From an uncultured Candidatus Rokubacteria bacterium (GTDB lineage Bacteria; Methylomirabilota; Methylomirabilia; Rokubacteriales; CSP1-6), in the NCBI GenBank assembly GCA_963754315.1, contig CAVWFS010000019.1, positions 288,001 through 352,000 of the forward strand: a stretch of DNA of 64,000 nt, in the 5' to 3' direction. The notes under the pieces were generated by a model, which did not search any database, was not told where the DNA came from, and was given only the letters and a program-made list of their open reading frames with translations. Numbering within the stretch: the stretch's first letter is position 1; each line of letters opens with the position of its first letter. The position numbers were made by a program, and so were the translations under genes. Shown here piece after piece: positions 9,956 to 20,117 of this stretch.

Positions 9956-9971
9956 GCAAGAGTTGGGCCAA
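9956..9971 (-). promoter_or_regulatory. Putative sigma54 (-24/-12) promoter
   Basis: Minus strand reads TTGGCCC-AACTC-TTGC against consensus TGGCAC-N5-TTGC, about 40 bp upstream of the 9918 start. Confidence 0.6.
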
Positions 9972-10154
9972 GTGTGGGAAAACACGCGCCAAGGCTTGCA
10001 GACAACCAGAAGAAGCACTTTGGAGTCATGACCGAATCCCTGCATGAGATGACTTGAAGAAAATGCTTTCCCGGTAGGGAAGATTTGCCGGCTAGTCTCC
10101 TCGTTCCATGCCACCAGGGATAGGCCCTCGCGACTCACCCGTCGCCGGCGCAGG

Positions 10155-11336
10155 TCATTGCGCGCCCAGGCGCCTGGGCGCGCGTGAGAACCCGAGCAAA
10201 GCGACCAGGCTGATTGACGTAAAGACGGCGGCGAGCACGACGAGCGTCGTCTCCATGCCAACGGTGTCGACCAGTATGCCGATGGGCGGTCCGGCGAGAA
10301 CGAACGACAGCCGGAAGAGGAGGGCGGCCACCGACAACACGCTAGCGCGGTCCTGGCTGGGAGCTTCCTCCTGTATGACACTGACCAAAACTGGCGCCTG
10401 GAGCCCGCGGAGCGTCATGAAGCATAGGTAGAAAACGACTCCCCATGCCGACGCGGTCCAGGCGAAGCCCAGGTACCCGACCAGCACGAGCAAGCAACAA
10501 CCGAGGAGGGTGGCCCGCACGCCGAGCGCAGTCGTGACCCGCGCGCTGGCCAGAGAAACGCCGGCCAACCAGGCGTGGGCACCGGCCCAGAGCGGGCCGA
10601 ACCACCCCGGAGGAATCCCCCGGGCTTGCATGATCGGCTGGATCAGCCAGACCATCACGAAGCTGGAAAGCCCGAGCGCGACCCCGAGAGCCATCGCCGA
10701 TCGCAACCTTCGGTGGTGCCACAAGGTGAAGCGGAGAACGTAGAGCGCCTGCTGCCCATGCGAGCGGCGATCGACCAATGGCAACCGGGGGGCCTCGCGC
10801 AAGAAGACCGCTACCGTAAAGGCCAGGGCAGCAAACGGGATCTGAAGCCAGAAGGGGAGCCGAGGCGTGAAAGCATAGAGCCATCCGCCGGCCGCCGCGC
10901 TCACCGCCTCGCTCGTCTGCGCCGTGGCGCGCATCCGACCTTCCCAGCGTGGATAGTCACGCGCGCGGCTTACAGAATCCAGCGACGCCCACAGCAAGGC
11001 GCGATCGGCGCCCGATATGAACGCGCTGCCGGCCCCGAGCACGACCTCGGCCAGGGCGACCATCGCGAAGCTGGATCCGCCGACATAGATGCACCATCCC
11101 GCCATCAAGAGGATTGTCCCAACCAGGATCGACCTTCGGTACCCAACTCGATCCGCGAAGTACCCCGAGGGAAACTCGAAGAGCACCACGGCCAGGCTGA
11201 AGATCGCCTGCAGTAGCATGACGTCGGTGAGCGACATCCCGATCTGGTCCGTCCAGAACAAGGTGACGATGGGGATTGGGAACAGGACAAATTGCGCGGC
11301 GGCAAAGGCCAACAGCAAGCGCGGGTTCGCGCTCAT
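10155..11336 (-). CDS. MFS transporter
   Basis: Many hydrophobic helices; EFPSGYFADRVGYRRS (MFS motif A), SGADRALL, RASVLSV. Confidence 0.88.
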   Translation of the reverse strand: MSANPRLLLAFAAAQFVLFPIPIVTLFWTDQIGMSLTDVMLLQAIFSLAVVLFEFPSGYFADRVGYRRSILVGTILLMAGWCIYVGGSSFAMVALAEVVLGAGSAFISGADRALLWASLDSVSRARDYPRWEGRMRATAQTSEAVSAAAGGWLYAFTPRLPFWLQIPFAALAFTVAVFLREAPRLPLVDRRSHGQQALYVLRFTLWHHRRLRSAMALGVALGLSSFVMVWLIQPIMQARGIPPGWFGPLWAGAHAWLAGVSLASARVTTALGVRATLLGCCLLVLVGYLGFAWTASAWGVVFYLCFMTLRGLQAPVLVSVIQEEAPSQDRASVLSVAALLFRLSFVLAGPPIGILVDTVGMETTLVVLAAVFTSISLVALLGFSRAPRRLGAQ

Positions 11337-11411
11337 CGACGTCGCGACGCCCGGCTACCACCCGGTGGCGCCAGCACAAAGACAGACGGGTCGCGGAGAA
11401 CCCTGTGCAGG

Positions 11412-11552
11412 TTAGTGTACGGCGCACTCCACGGCCCCCACCGCGTCAGGACCGAGCCGATGCATCTCGATCAGGGCCAGGGTCGTGTCGAGCGCTCGAT
11501 GGGTGGTGGCACAGCAGGGATAGCGCTTGACGCCGTCCCAGGATCGATCAGG
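11412..11552 (-). pseudogene. Internal remnant of an MmgE/PrpD-family gene
   Basis: LIDPG/(frameshift)/GVKRYPCCATTHRALDTTLAL...LGPDAVGAVECAV resembles the PrpD-family KxYPCC..xH motif; about 45 codons with no start. Confidence 0.6.
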
Positions 11553-11595
11553 TCGCGCGGCGCCCCGAGAGCGGCGGTGGCGAGTCTCAGGATGA

Positions 11596-12843
11596 TCACC
11601 GGGCTGGAGGTGCCGCGTGAGCGCCGAGGCGGCCCGCCACAAAAGCCACGTTCATTCGGAGGATATCGAGGGCCAAGTCGTAATCGATGTGGTCAAGTGT
11701 GTCGCGACTCGAGTGAATGCGGTCATTGGCGTTGTCGGCGCCCTCGATGGTGAGGACGGCCGGGACGCCGGCTTCGATGAAGGGCACGTGGTCGCTGGCG
11801 AAGGGGTTCAAGGAACGCTCGACGTGGAGCGTCGTGTACGTTGCGGCCGCCGCCGCCAGCTCGTCCATGATCGACTGGGAGAGCGGCGCCCCCTCGAGCA
11901 GGACCGTTCGCCGGTCGCTGTTGAGGCTGCCGATCATGTCCATGTTGAGGACGGCCCTGATGCGCCGCTTTTCCGCGGCCGGGAGCGACACGACGTATCG
12001 CCGGCTCCCGAATAGGCCCTGCTCCTCTCCACCGAACAGGATCACACGCAGATCGTGGGCTCCGGGGTGCCCTGCCAGTACCCGTGCCATTTCCAGGAGT
12101 CCGGCCGCACCGGAGCCGTTGTCGTCGGCGCCCGGGGCAGCGGCCGACGCTCCGCCCGTCAGGTTGATGGAGTCCAGGTGTGCGGTCATCACAACCACCC
12201 CGCGGGAATCGGGAGCACGTCCTTGCTTGTCGGCGATGACGTTCCGGCTGGGTTTCCCGTTCACGGTCACCGCCTGGAACTTGACCCGAAAGCCGGCAGC
12301 CACGAGCTGCTGCTTCGCCCAGCTCGAGATCGTCCGGTATTCGGGGCTCGTCGACAGGCGAGTCCGGAGCGACCCCACGTGGGTCAGGGTCGCTTCCAGG
12401 CGCGGCCGCTCGAGTCGGGCGAGCAAGGTCTGAATGGCTGGATTGCGCGCGCGCCGCACACTGGACGGCTCAACCACGTCGAACACGACCTGATGATCGC
12501 CAAGCGGCATCACCCCGTAGCACGTCGGATGAGCTCGGCCCAGCTGGCGAACCCGTCGCGGATCGAGATCGATCAGCAGGAACCGTCCACGATCCAGCAG
12601 GACCGGCACCCGAGGATGCAGGCGCTGGAAGAGCCGGCCATTCTGGACGACGACGTGTAGCCGCTCACGCGACACGCGGCGACGCCGGCCACGGCGCAAC
12701 CGCCCGTCCGCGAGCGCAGCGGCAGTGCGCCACGCAGGAGCCGGGCCGAACACCACGAGGTCCTCGCCGAAGCGTGCCCACGGGAGCGCAATCGGGCGCG
12801 GTGACGCTCTTGTCGCGGTCCGCGCGGCGCGAACAATGGCCAA
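11596..12843 (-). CDS. M28-family metalloaminopeptidase
   Basis: TAHLDS, APGADDNGSG, FGGEEQGLFGS, NMDMIG, SDHVPF, IHSSRDT zinc motifs; start uncertain. Confidence 0.88.
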   Translation of the reverse strand: MAIVRAARTATRASPRPIALPWARFGEDLVVFGPAPAWRTAAALADGRLRRGRRRRVSRERLHVVVQNGRLFQRLHPRVPVLLDRGRFLLIDLDPRRVRQLGRAHPTCYGVMPLGDHQVVFDVVEPSSVRRARNPAIQTLLARLERPRLEATLTHVGSLRTRLSTSPEYRTISSWAKQQLVAAGFRVKFQAVTVNGKPSRNVIADKQGRAPDSRGVVVMTAHLDSINLTGGASAAAPGADDNGSGAAGLLEMARVLAGHPGAHDLRVILFGGEEQGLFGSRRYVVSLPAAEKRRIRAVLNMDMIGSLNSDRRTVLLEGAPLSQSIMDELAAAAATYTTLHVERSLNPFASDHVPFIEAGVPAVLTIEGADNANDRIHSSRDTLDHIDYDLALDILRMNVAFVAGRLGAHAAPPAR

Positions 12844-12861
12844 GCGTCATCAAGGGGGGTT

Positions 12862-13932
12862 TCACTGCCCCGTCCACGCGGTCTGGAGCTCCACCACGCG
12901 CCCGTCTCGGAGGACGTTGACTCGCATGATCTCACCCGGTTTCAGCGTCTCGAGAGTCCTCAGGGCCTGAACCATGCCGGCCTTGGTCGCGACATCAATG
13001 CCCTGGATCCTCAGGACGATATCACCACCCATGACGAGCTGCTGCCCGTCAACGATGCCAAGGCGATCTCCTCCCCGAACCCCGAGCCGTTCCCCGATCG
13101 AATCCTGGGCCACCTGCTTGACGAGGAATCCGCCGGCCTGCGGTACCCCCAGCGCCGCGGCCATGGTCCCAGACACAAACTCGAGGTCGAGGCCGTACCA
13201 CCGTCGGTTGCGCTCAAGGAGGTAGTGTCTGAATGAATTCGACGTCACCACGAACCCGAGGCCCTCGCTCCCGCCCGATTTTGTGATGTTGTGGCTCACG
13301 ATGCCGATCAGGTGTCCGTTCCGGTCGAACATGGGTCCGCCCGAGTTGCCGGTGTTGATCACGGCGTCCGTCTGAAGGAACTCGGCCAGCGGGAAATCCC
13401 GGGTGACCGTATTGGCGTCCCAGCGCGCGCTGATGACGCCCGTGCTCAGCGAATGCCCGAGCCCGTACGGCGCACCGATGATGAACACCGGATCACCGAT
13501 CCGCGCCGGATCCGAGTCGGCGAGCGGTGACACGGTCGCGTCACGGGGCACCGTCGCGATCTGGAGCAGGGAGATGTCGGCCCTGGGCTCGGAGGCGATC
13601 ACGCGGGCCGGGATGGGCTCGTCGCCCAAGAACTGCACCGTGATGTCCCCCATCAGGTGAACGACGTGCGCGGCTGTCGCGATCTTCCCGTCGGGAGAGA
13701 TCAGCACCCCCGAGCCAACCTCGCGGAAGCGGACCATGCCCCCTGTCGTGACCTCCTGGCCCCTGGCTCGGATCACCACGACGGACGAATTGACACGCCG
13801 GTAGACTTCGCCGAGCGTTTCCGTTGAGGCGAGCTGAGGAGTCCCCGCGAAGGCGGTCGTCACGATGAAGGCCGCGACGAGGTGGCGCCCCTTCGCGGCG
13901 CGGCGAGCCAGGGGGCACGACAGCCAGCTCAT
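12862..13932 (-). CDS. HtrA/DegS-like trypsin serine protease with PDZ domain
   Basis: GSGVLIS, TAAHVV, DISLL, QTDAVINTGNSGGP, C-terminal PDZ (GDIVLRI..VLRDG). Confidence 0.9.
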   Translation of the reverse strand: MSWLSCPLARRAAKGRHLVAAFIVTTAFAGTPQLASTETLGEVYRRVNSSVVVIRARGQEVTTGGMVRFREVGSGVLISPDGKIATAAHVVHLMGDITVQFLGDEPIPARVIASEPRADISLLQIATVPRDATVSPLADSDPARIGDPVFIIGAPYGLGHSLSTGVISARWDANTVTRDFPLAEFLQTDAVINTGNSGGPMFDRNGHLIGIVSHNITKSGGSEGLGFVVTSNSFRHYLLERNRRWYGLDLEFVSGTMAAALGVPQAGGFLVKQVAQDSIGERLGVRGGDRLGIVDGQQLVMGGDIVLRIQGIDVATKAGMVQALRTLETLKPGEIMRVNVLRDGRVVELQTAWTGQ

Positions 13933-14798
13933 TCCGGCCAGCTGTGCAACAAATAAAGGGCCTGCACGAGAGGGCTCGCGGAAGAAAAGGGGCCAAACCA
14001 GCGCTCGTAGATGGGCACGATCTGGCCCGAGCGGTAGAGCTGGGACAGGGCGCGGTTCACCTCCACCTGGAACGCGTTGTCTCCGCGTCGCAACATGAGG
14101 GCGTAGGGTTCGTAGGAGTAGTATTCACGGCTCAGGCGGAGCTTGGCGGGGTCGCCGGCTCTGGCCAGGAGCCCGCTCAGCAGGACGCGATCGGAAGCAT
14201 AGGCGTCCAGCTGACCGGCTTCCAAGGCACGGAGACCCTCGCCGTGCTCGGAGACCGAAACGATTTGCGCCTGGATCGAGTCCCGACCCAGTGCCGCCGC
14301 CAGGGTCTTCTCGGTCGTCGTGTGGGGCACCACGCCGACCCGCTTGCTGGACAAATCCTTCACCCGCTCGACGCCAGAGGCGGCGGTGGCCAGCAGGCTC
14401 CCACCGTCCACGAAGATCATGTGACTGAACGCGACCTGCTCCATGCGGGCAAACGTGATCGTGGTCGACTCACAGCCGAGATCGACATTGCCCTTGACCA
14501 CCTTGGTGGTGCGATCGGCCGGCGTCACCGGGACCCAGTTCAGCTTAAGCTCGGGAAGCTTCGAAGAGCCCTTGAGGGCTAGGGCCACCTGCTGGCAGAG
14601 ATCGACCGAGTAACCGGCGGGTCTGCCGTCCTTGTCGCGAAAGGACAAGGGAGGGGACGTCTCGCGGTAGCCGAGGTCAATCGTTCCGGTTTCCTTGATT
14701 TTCTGCAGGGTCGGACGGAATTCCTGGGACGCCGCCGGGCCAACCACGGACACCCCAAGGGTGACGACGACCATCACCAGGACCGCTTTCCCGCGCAT
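13929..14798 (-). CDS. Polar amino-acid ABC substrate-binding protein (GltI-like), no cognate permease nearby
   Basis: TLQKIKETG.I.LGYRE, GYSVDLC, CESTTIT..R, YEPYALMLRRGD, IYERWFG. Confidence 0.88.
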   Translation of the reverse strand: MRGKAVLVMVVVTLGVSVVGPAASQEFRPTLQKIKETGTIDLGYRETSPPLSFRDKDGRPAGYSVDLCQQVALALKGSSKLPELKLNWVPVTPADRTTKVVKGNVDLGCESTTITFARMEQVAFSHMIFVDGGSLLATAASGVERVKDLSSKRVGVVPHTTTEKTLAAALGRDSIQAQIVSVSEHGEGLRALEAGQLDAYASDRVLLSGLLARAGDPAKLRLSREYYSYEPYALMLRRGDNAFQVEVNRALSQLYRSGQIVPIYERWFGPFSSASPLVQALYLLHSWPE

Positions 14799-15033
14799 CC
14801 CCGACCTCTCCGGCGAGCCATGACGTCCCGCCGACTGCCGCGCCTAGAGTGTACGCGGGAGGCCAGGGCAAGTGAAAGCAAAGTTCAGCGTGTGGCTTTC
14901 TGCCTTGCCGATCGCGCAGGGGTCGCCTAAAGTACACGGCGTTCCGAACCTTCGGTGTGTGCGACGAGCGGGCGCGGCCCGTCGCTCACGGTCAAACTGT
15001 GAATGGCCGACCAAGCAAGGGGAGGGCACGTCC

Positions 15034-16090
15034 ATGGGAATTTCGTGGCGGAAAAGCGCGGTAGCCTTCGGTGTCCTGTGGTTGTTCGTCCTGCTCGGCG
15101 TCGGGAGCCGCCCTCCGACGGTGGTGGCACAGGCCCCCAAGCCGGAATTCAAGCTGAAGCTCATGGGCATCAACCGGACGCTCGATCCCTGGAAGCTCTA
15201 CCAAGAGTGGGCGCAGACGGTGGAAAAGCGCACCAACGGGCGGGTGCAGTTCGAGCTGACGTCGCTCCCCGAGCTCGGCCTGAGCGGAGCCGAGACCCTG
15301 CGCGTCCTGAGAACGGGTGTGGTGGACATCACCGAAACCTATGGGGGGTACGTCGCGGGCGAGCTTCCTCTCGTCGAGATCCTCGAGTTGCCTGGCATCT
15401 TCCCTGACCCCCAGACGGCCAAGAAGGCGATCCTGGCCTGGAAGCCCACCGAGGCGAAGCTTCTTGACCAGAAAGCGAACGCCGTGTTGCTGGCCATGGC
15501 CTTGTATCCGGACCAGGCCTTTTTCAGCAAGAAGGCGGTCCGAAAACCGGCCGACTTCAAGGGGCTGAAAACGCGCGTGCACAGCGTGGCGCTTGCTTCG
15601 TTGGTGGCCGGGCTGGGAGGCGAGCCCCTCACCATCGCCTTCGCCGAGGTCTACACCGCCCTGGAGCGCGGCACGCTCGACGCGGCGATCAGCGGCACCA
15701 AGCCCGGGTTCGGCCTCAGGTGGTACGAGGTGTCCAAGTACCTCGTTGGCCCCATCTCGATGCGGCCTCACGTGGCGCTGGCCATCAACAAGAACACCTG
15801 GAAGCGCCTCCCGCCTGACATCCAGCAGATCATGAAGGACGATGCCGAGAAGATCGTGGAGGGCAAGGCCTTCGAGGCCATCGAGGTATGGAACAAGGAG
15901 GGAATCGACAAGAGCGTCGAGAAGGGCATGGAGCACATTCCCGTTCTCGCCCGAGACCCTGGCCGCCATCAAGGACGTGTTGCGCACCAAGGTGGCCCCG
16001 GACTGGGTGAAGCGCGCGGGCGGGGCCGACGCTGCCCGCCAGTTCAACGAGATCATCGCGCCGCTTGTCGGATTCGAAGTCAAATCCTGA
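15034..16090 (+). CDS. dctP: TRAP transporter substrate-binding protein DctP, apparent +1 frameshift near 15940
   Basis: GGGAGG RBS; DFKGLKTR, EVYTALERGTLD, WYEVSKY, NKNTWKRLPPDIQ. C-terminus (PFSPETLAAIK..) is in a shifted frame after a CCC run. Confidence 0.88.
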
Positions 16091-16100
16091 GCCGCCGCCG

Positions 16101-16634
16101 ATGCGAATGCCGAACGCGGCGCGGGCGATGGATGTCTGCTTTGATGCGACCGGATATCTGGCTGGCGGCTTGTACGTCGTGCTTGCCTTTTTCACCACCT
16201 ACGATGTCTTGGCGCGCAAGTGGGGCAGCGCCGTCGGCCTGCCGACCACGCGCGTCACCGACGAGATCAGCGGATACATGCTCGCCGTGGCCGCTACCTG
16301 GGGGTTTGCCTATGCCCTTCGCACCGGCGCCCACGTACGTGTCGATGTGCTGTTCCCGTATATGGCGCGCAGGGTGAGGACCGCGGTGGACTTCATGGCG
16401 TACGTGCTCATGGCCGTCTTCGCGGCCGTCATCTCGTGGAAGATCTGGACACTGGTGGCCGATTCCATGCAAAGCGACATCCGGTCATCCACGTACCTGC
16501 TGACCCCCCTCTACATCCCGCAGGGCATCTTGGCAGTTGGATTCTCTCTGCTGACTCTGGCCGCAGTATTCACGGCCGTGGCGACCCTGACCGGATGGGA
16601 CTCCCGAGAGATCAGCGGGGGACCCGAGGCCTAG
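16101..16634 (+). CDS. dctQ: TRAP transporter small permease DctQ
   Basis: DVLARK, DEISGY, YALRTGAHVRVDVL, TPLYIPQ; start approximate. Confidence 0.88.
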   Translation: MRMPNAARAMDVCFDATGYLAGGLYVVLAFFTTYDVLARKWGSAVGLPTTRVTDEISGYMLAVAATWGFAYALRTGAHVRVDVLFPYMARRVRTAVDFMAYVLMAVFAAVISWKIWTLVADSMQSDIRSSTYLLTPLYIPQGILAVGFSLLTLAAVFTAVATLTGWDSREISGGPEA

Positions 16635-16650
16635 GAGGCGGGTTCGATCC

Positions 16651-17970
16651 ATGATCCTCGGAGTAGCGGCGCTCCTCATGACCGCGCTTTTTCTGGTCGG
16701 GCTGCACGTGGCCAGCGCTCTCGGCCTCATCGGCATGGCCCTGATGTATCTGTTCTCGGACCGTCCGCTGTGGGACATGCTGGGGCAGATCGCCTGGAAT
16801 GTGAACAGCAGTTCCGTGCTGGTGGCCATCCCGCTCTTCGTGATGATGGGGGAAATCCTCATCCACAGCCGTCTCTCGGAGCGCTTGTATCAGGTTCTGT
16901 CCTACTGGCTGGCTCCGCTTCCCGGTGGCCTCCTGCATTCCAACATCGCGTTCTGCGCAGTGTTCGGGGCCATCTCCGGTTCCAGCGCCGCCTGCGCGGC
17001 GACGGTGGGCGCAGTCGCCTTGCCGTCCTTCAGGGCGCGAAACTACAACGAGCGCCTGGTGATCGGCAGCCTGGCCGCCGGGGGCACCTTGGACATTCTG
17101 ATCCCGCCCAGCATCTCCATGATCATCTATGGTGTCCTGGCCGAGGAATCCATCGGCCGGCTCTACCTGGCCGGATTCATTCCTGGCTTTCTCCTGGCCG
17201 GGATCTTCATGTTCATCATTGCCGTGGCCGCGAAGATCTGGCCATCGGTGGCGCCCCGCGAGCCGGCACCGTCCTGGCGGGTTCGCCTGCTCGGTCTGGT
17301 GGCGCTCTTTCCCGTGATCGCGCTCATGTTCGTCGTGCTGGGCACGATCTACCTGGGGGTGGCCACCCCCACGGAAGCGGCCGCCTTCGGGGTGGTCGCG
17401 AGTTTCATCCTGGCCGGCCTGAACCGCGAGCTCAGCCTGCCCATGCTCAGGCAAGTCATGGTCACCACCGTGCGCACATCGTCCATGATCATGCTGATCG
17501 TGACCTCGGCGTTCATCCTGAGCTTCGCGCTGGCGATTCTGGGCGTTCCGGCCCAGCTCACGGCGATGGTGGCGGGCTGGCAGCTCACACCCCTGACCTT
17601 CATGCTCCTCCTGGTGGTCTTCTACATGATCCTCGGTACCTTCATGGAGGCGCTATCCATGATGGTCACGACCATGCCGATTCTCGTGCCTCTGCTGAAG
17701 TCGATGGGGATCGACATGGTGTGGTTCGGCATCATCATGGTGATCCTGCTGGAAGCAGCCCTCGTGAGTCCACCCGAAGGCCTGAACCTTTACATCATCC
17801 AGGGAATCCGCAAGTCAGTGTCGGAAGCGGCGGGGCTGCAGGTGGGAACTATGCTCGACCTCTGGGTCGGAGTGCTGCCGTTCATGGCTGGTATGGCGAT
17901 CTGTATCGCTCTCTTGTTCGTATTTCCCGGCATCGCGCTCTGGCTGCCGAACGCGGTGATGGGAAAGTGA
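16651..17970 (+). CDS. dctM: TRAP transporter large permease DctM
   Basis: AIPLFVMMGE, FGAISGSS, GGTLDILIPPSI, ATPTEAAA, SPPEGLNL. Confidence 0.93.
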   Translation: MILGVAALLMTALFLVGLHVASALGLIGMALMYLFSDRPLWDMLGQIAWNVNSSSVLVAIPLFVMMGEILIHSRLSERLYQVLSYWLAPLPGGLLHSNIAFCAVFGAISGSSAACAATVGAVALPSFRARNYNERLVIGSLAAGGTLDILIPPSISMIIYGVLAEESIGRLYLAGFIPGFLLAGIFMFIIAVAAKIWPSVAPREPAPSWRVRLLGLVALFPVIALMFVVLGTIYLGVATPTEAAAFGVVASFILAGLNRELSLPMLRQVMVTTVRTSSMIMLIVTSAFILSFALAILGVPAQLTAMVAGWQLTPLTFMLLLVVFYMILGTFMEALSMMVTTMPILVPLLKSMGIDMVWFGIIMVILLEAALVSPPEGLNLYIIQGIRKSVSEAAGLQVGTMLDLWVGVLPFMAGMAICIALLFVFPGIALWLPNAVMGK

Positions 17971-17982
17971 GAGCCGAACGAC

Positions 17983-18699
17983 TCAGCGCGGGCGACGGGG
18001 AACGTTCGTGTAGATGGTGGCGCCGTCCTCGGCGGCAAAGATGTAGGTCGGCGTCTGACCGGGCTCCTCTGCGCTCGGGACGGTCGGCAAGGGGCTAGAG
18101 CCGACGTCCACGCCGACGATGCGCAAGATGCGCGTGACGTACTGCTGGGTCTCCCGATAGGGCGGGATGCCCCGATACTGTGCCACCGCTCCCTCGCCGG
18201 CGTTGTAGGCGGCGAGCGCGAGGGGAAGATTGTTCTCGAAGCGCTCCATCAGGCCCCGCAGATGTCGCACGCCGCCGTCGATGTTCTCCACGGGATCGAA
18301 CGAATCGCGCACGCCCAGTTGACTGGCGGTGGTCGGCATCAGCTGCATGAGACCACGCGCGCCCTTGGGCGACACCGCACGCGGGTTGAATCCTGACTCC
18401 ACCCTGATGACGGCCGTTACGAGCTCCTCGGAAACGCCGTAGCGATGGGCTGCTTCGCGAATGTGGGAATCGAGCGCCGCCCGTCGAATCATCGGACTTG
18501 GCGCCGGGGAAACCACGCCAGGCGAGGGCGGTGGCTGGATGATCCCCAGCCGCTGGTATCGTGGATCGGTGGGCGCGTTGGTCAGATGAACGGTCCCGTC
18601 GGTTTCGGCCAGCTCAACCACCTGCGCTAGCGCCCCGAGCGGGGATCCGAGGACGACGGCCAGCACGGCGCTGCCGAGGACAAAGCGTCGCACCCGCAC
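17983..18699 (-). CDS. Soluble lytic transglycosylase (SLT domain)
   Basis: [45 protein letters not shown]; signal peptide after a GTG at 18699 or 18693. Confidence 0.9.
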   Translation of the reverse strand: MRVRRFVLGSAVLAVVLGSPLGALAQVVELAETDGTVHLTNAPTDPRYQRLGIIQPPPSPGVVSPAPSPMIRRAALDSHIREAAHRYGVSEELVTAVIRVESGFNPRAVSPKGARGLMQLMPTTASQLGVRDSFDPVENIDGGVRHLRGLMERFENNLPLALAAYNAGEGAVAQYRGIPPYRETQQYVTRILRIVGVDVGSSPLPTVPSAEEPGQTPTYIFAAEDGATIYTNVPRRPR

Positions 18700-18763
18700 A
18701 TTGTAACGAATTATCCGGACGCCCGCCAAACTGGCTTCTGGCGTGCAATCTGGTACACCAAGG

Positions 18764-19870
18764 ATGGTCATGAGCGTCGGGAGCTGCGGATGTGAGGTGG
18801 CGGGGGGCCGGCGGGCCTTCCTTGCCTCGCTGTTCGGGGCGGTCATGACGGCGTGCGCTGGGCCCACCGCCGAGGGGATAGCGCGCCGCCAGGCGACCAT
18901 CACCGCTCAGGCCCACGAAGCGGTAGGCGGCCCCGTCATCGACCTGCACGCCCATCCCGGGGCCTTCGCGCGGGCCCGCACCGGCCACCTACCGCTCACC
19001 GCGCTCAACGACATGGAGGCCGGCGGGGTGGAAACGGCGTTCTTCGCCGCGGTGGGAGACGGGCTGGTGATCCGACGTGAGGCCACCCGCATTCAGAACT
19101 TTCGCGATCCTGTTCCCGGAGAGCTCTACGTCTCGACCGTCGGCCAGCTCGAACGAGTCCGCGCCCGCGCGCGCGAGGACAGGCTCCGCCTGGTGCTGTC
19201 ACCCGGTGACGTGATGGCAGCGCGGGCAGCCGGGCAGCGCGGCGCTCTGCTCGCCGTCGAGGGCGGTGACCCCTTGGAGGGGCAGGTGCAACGCGTGCGC
19301 GACCTGCACGCGCTCGGTGTGCGCTCGATCCAGCTGGTGCACTACCGAATCAACGAGCTTGGGGACATTCAGACAGAGCCGGCACAGCACGGAGGCCTCA
19401 CCGCACTCGGGGCCGATGTGGTCGCCGAGATGAACCGGCTCGGCCTGATCGTGGATGGCGCCCACGCCTCTCGGGCGACCCTGCTCGGCATTCTCGATGT
19501 TTCGCGGACGCCGATCATCGTTTCCCATACAGGTCCGGCTTCCCTCCGCAGTCTAGCGCGCCACCTAGACGACGACTTGCTCCGTGCGGTGGCCGCCAAG
19601 GGCGGGGTGATCGGTGTGTGGCCACTGAGCCAGACCGGGCAAGCCACGACCTTCTTCGACGAGATCGCCTATGTACGCGCGGTGGTCGGGATCGAGGCCG
19701 TCGGCATCGGGACGGACATGGCTGGTCTAGCGAGCTTCACGTCCATTCCTACCTACCGCGAGTTTGCGACGGTGCCGGCCGCCCTGCTTGCCCGCGGCTT
19801 CTCGGAAGCGGATCTACGCAAGCTCCTTGGAGCGAACGTACAGAGGGTCTTCGACGCCGCCGCGCGCTGA
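18764..19870 (+). CDS. M19 membrane (renal-type) dipeptidase, probable Tat lipoprotein
   Basis: GRRAFL twin-arginine motif and MTAC lipobox; DLHAH, EGGD, EMNRLG..VDGAH, SHTG, GIGTD. Confidence 0.85.
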   Translation: MVMSVGSCGCEVAGGRRAFLASLFGAVMTACAGPTAEGIARRQATITAQAHEAVGGPVIDLHAHPGAFARARTGHLPLTALNDMEAGGVETAFFAAVGDGLVIRREATRIQNFRDPVPGELYVSTVGQLERVRARAREDRLRLVLSPGDVMAARAAGQRGALLAVEGGDPLEGQVQRVRDLHALGVRSIQLVHYRINELGDIQTEPAQHGGLTALGADVVAEMNRLGLIVDGAHASRATLLGILDVSRTPIIVSHTGPASLRSLARHLDDDLLRAVAAKGGVIGVWPLSQTGQATTFFDEIAYVRAVVGIEAVGIGTDMAGLASFTSIPTYREFATVPAALLARGFSEADLRKLLGANVQRVFDAAAR

Positions 19871-20113
19871 CCAGCCGGCCCGAGCCGAGCCACCCCGGGC
19901 TCGAGACGTGGCGGCTCTGACAGACTCAGCGGCATCCGGCGTCGGCCTGCCCGTCGCGCGGCCGATGTGAGTCAAGGCAAGACCGAGCACGGTGCGCAGT
20001 GGCTGACGCCGTGGTGTCAACGTGGCTGCCAGCGTCATCCGGCGGGTCTGCGTCCGGATATCATCGAGGCGTTGACGGATGAGGTTGCCGAGAACCCAGT
20101 CGTTCATGTCCAT
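19814..20113 (-). CDS. Hypothetical protein
   Basis: MDMNDWVLGNLIRQRLDDIR..., purine-rich RBS, 4 nt after the upstream small ORF. The 3' end overlaps the dipeptidase gene, so the stop is doubtful. Confidence 0.45.
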   Translation of the reverse strand: MDMNDWVLGNLIRQRLDDIRTQTRRMTLAATLTPRRQPLRTVLGLALTHIGRATGRPTPDAAESVRAATSRARGGSARAGWSARGGVEDPLYVRSKELA

Positions 20114-20117
20114 CCTT

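Noticed and set aside
18732..18747. sigma54 promoter before the dipeptidase (TGGCTT-CTGGC-GTGCA)
   Set aside because: Only the GG-N10-GC core matches, which is too weak in GC-rich DNA.
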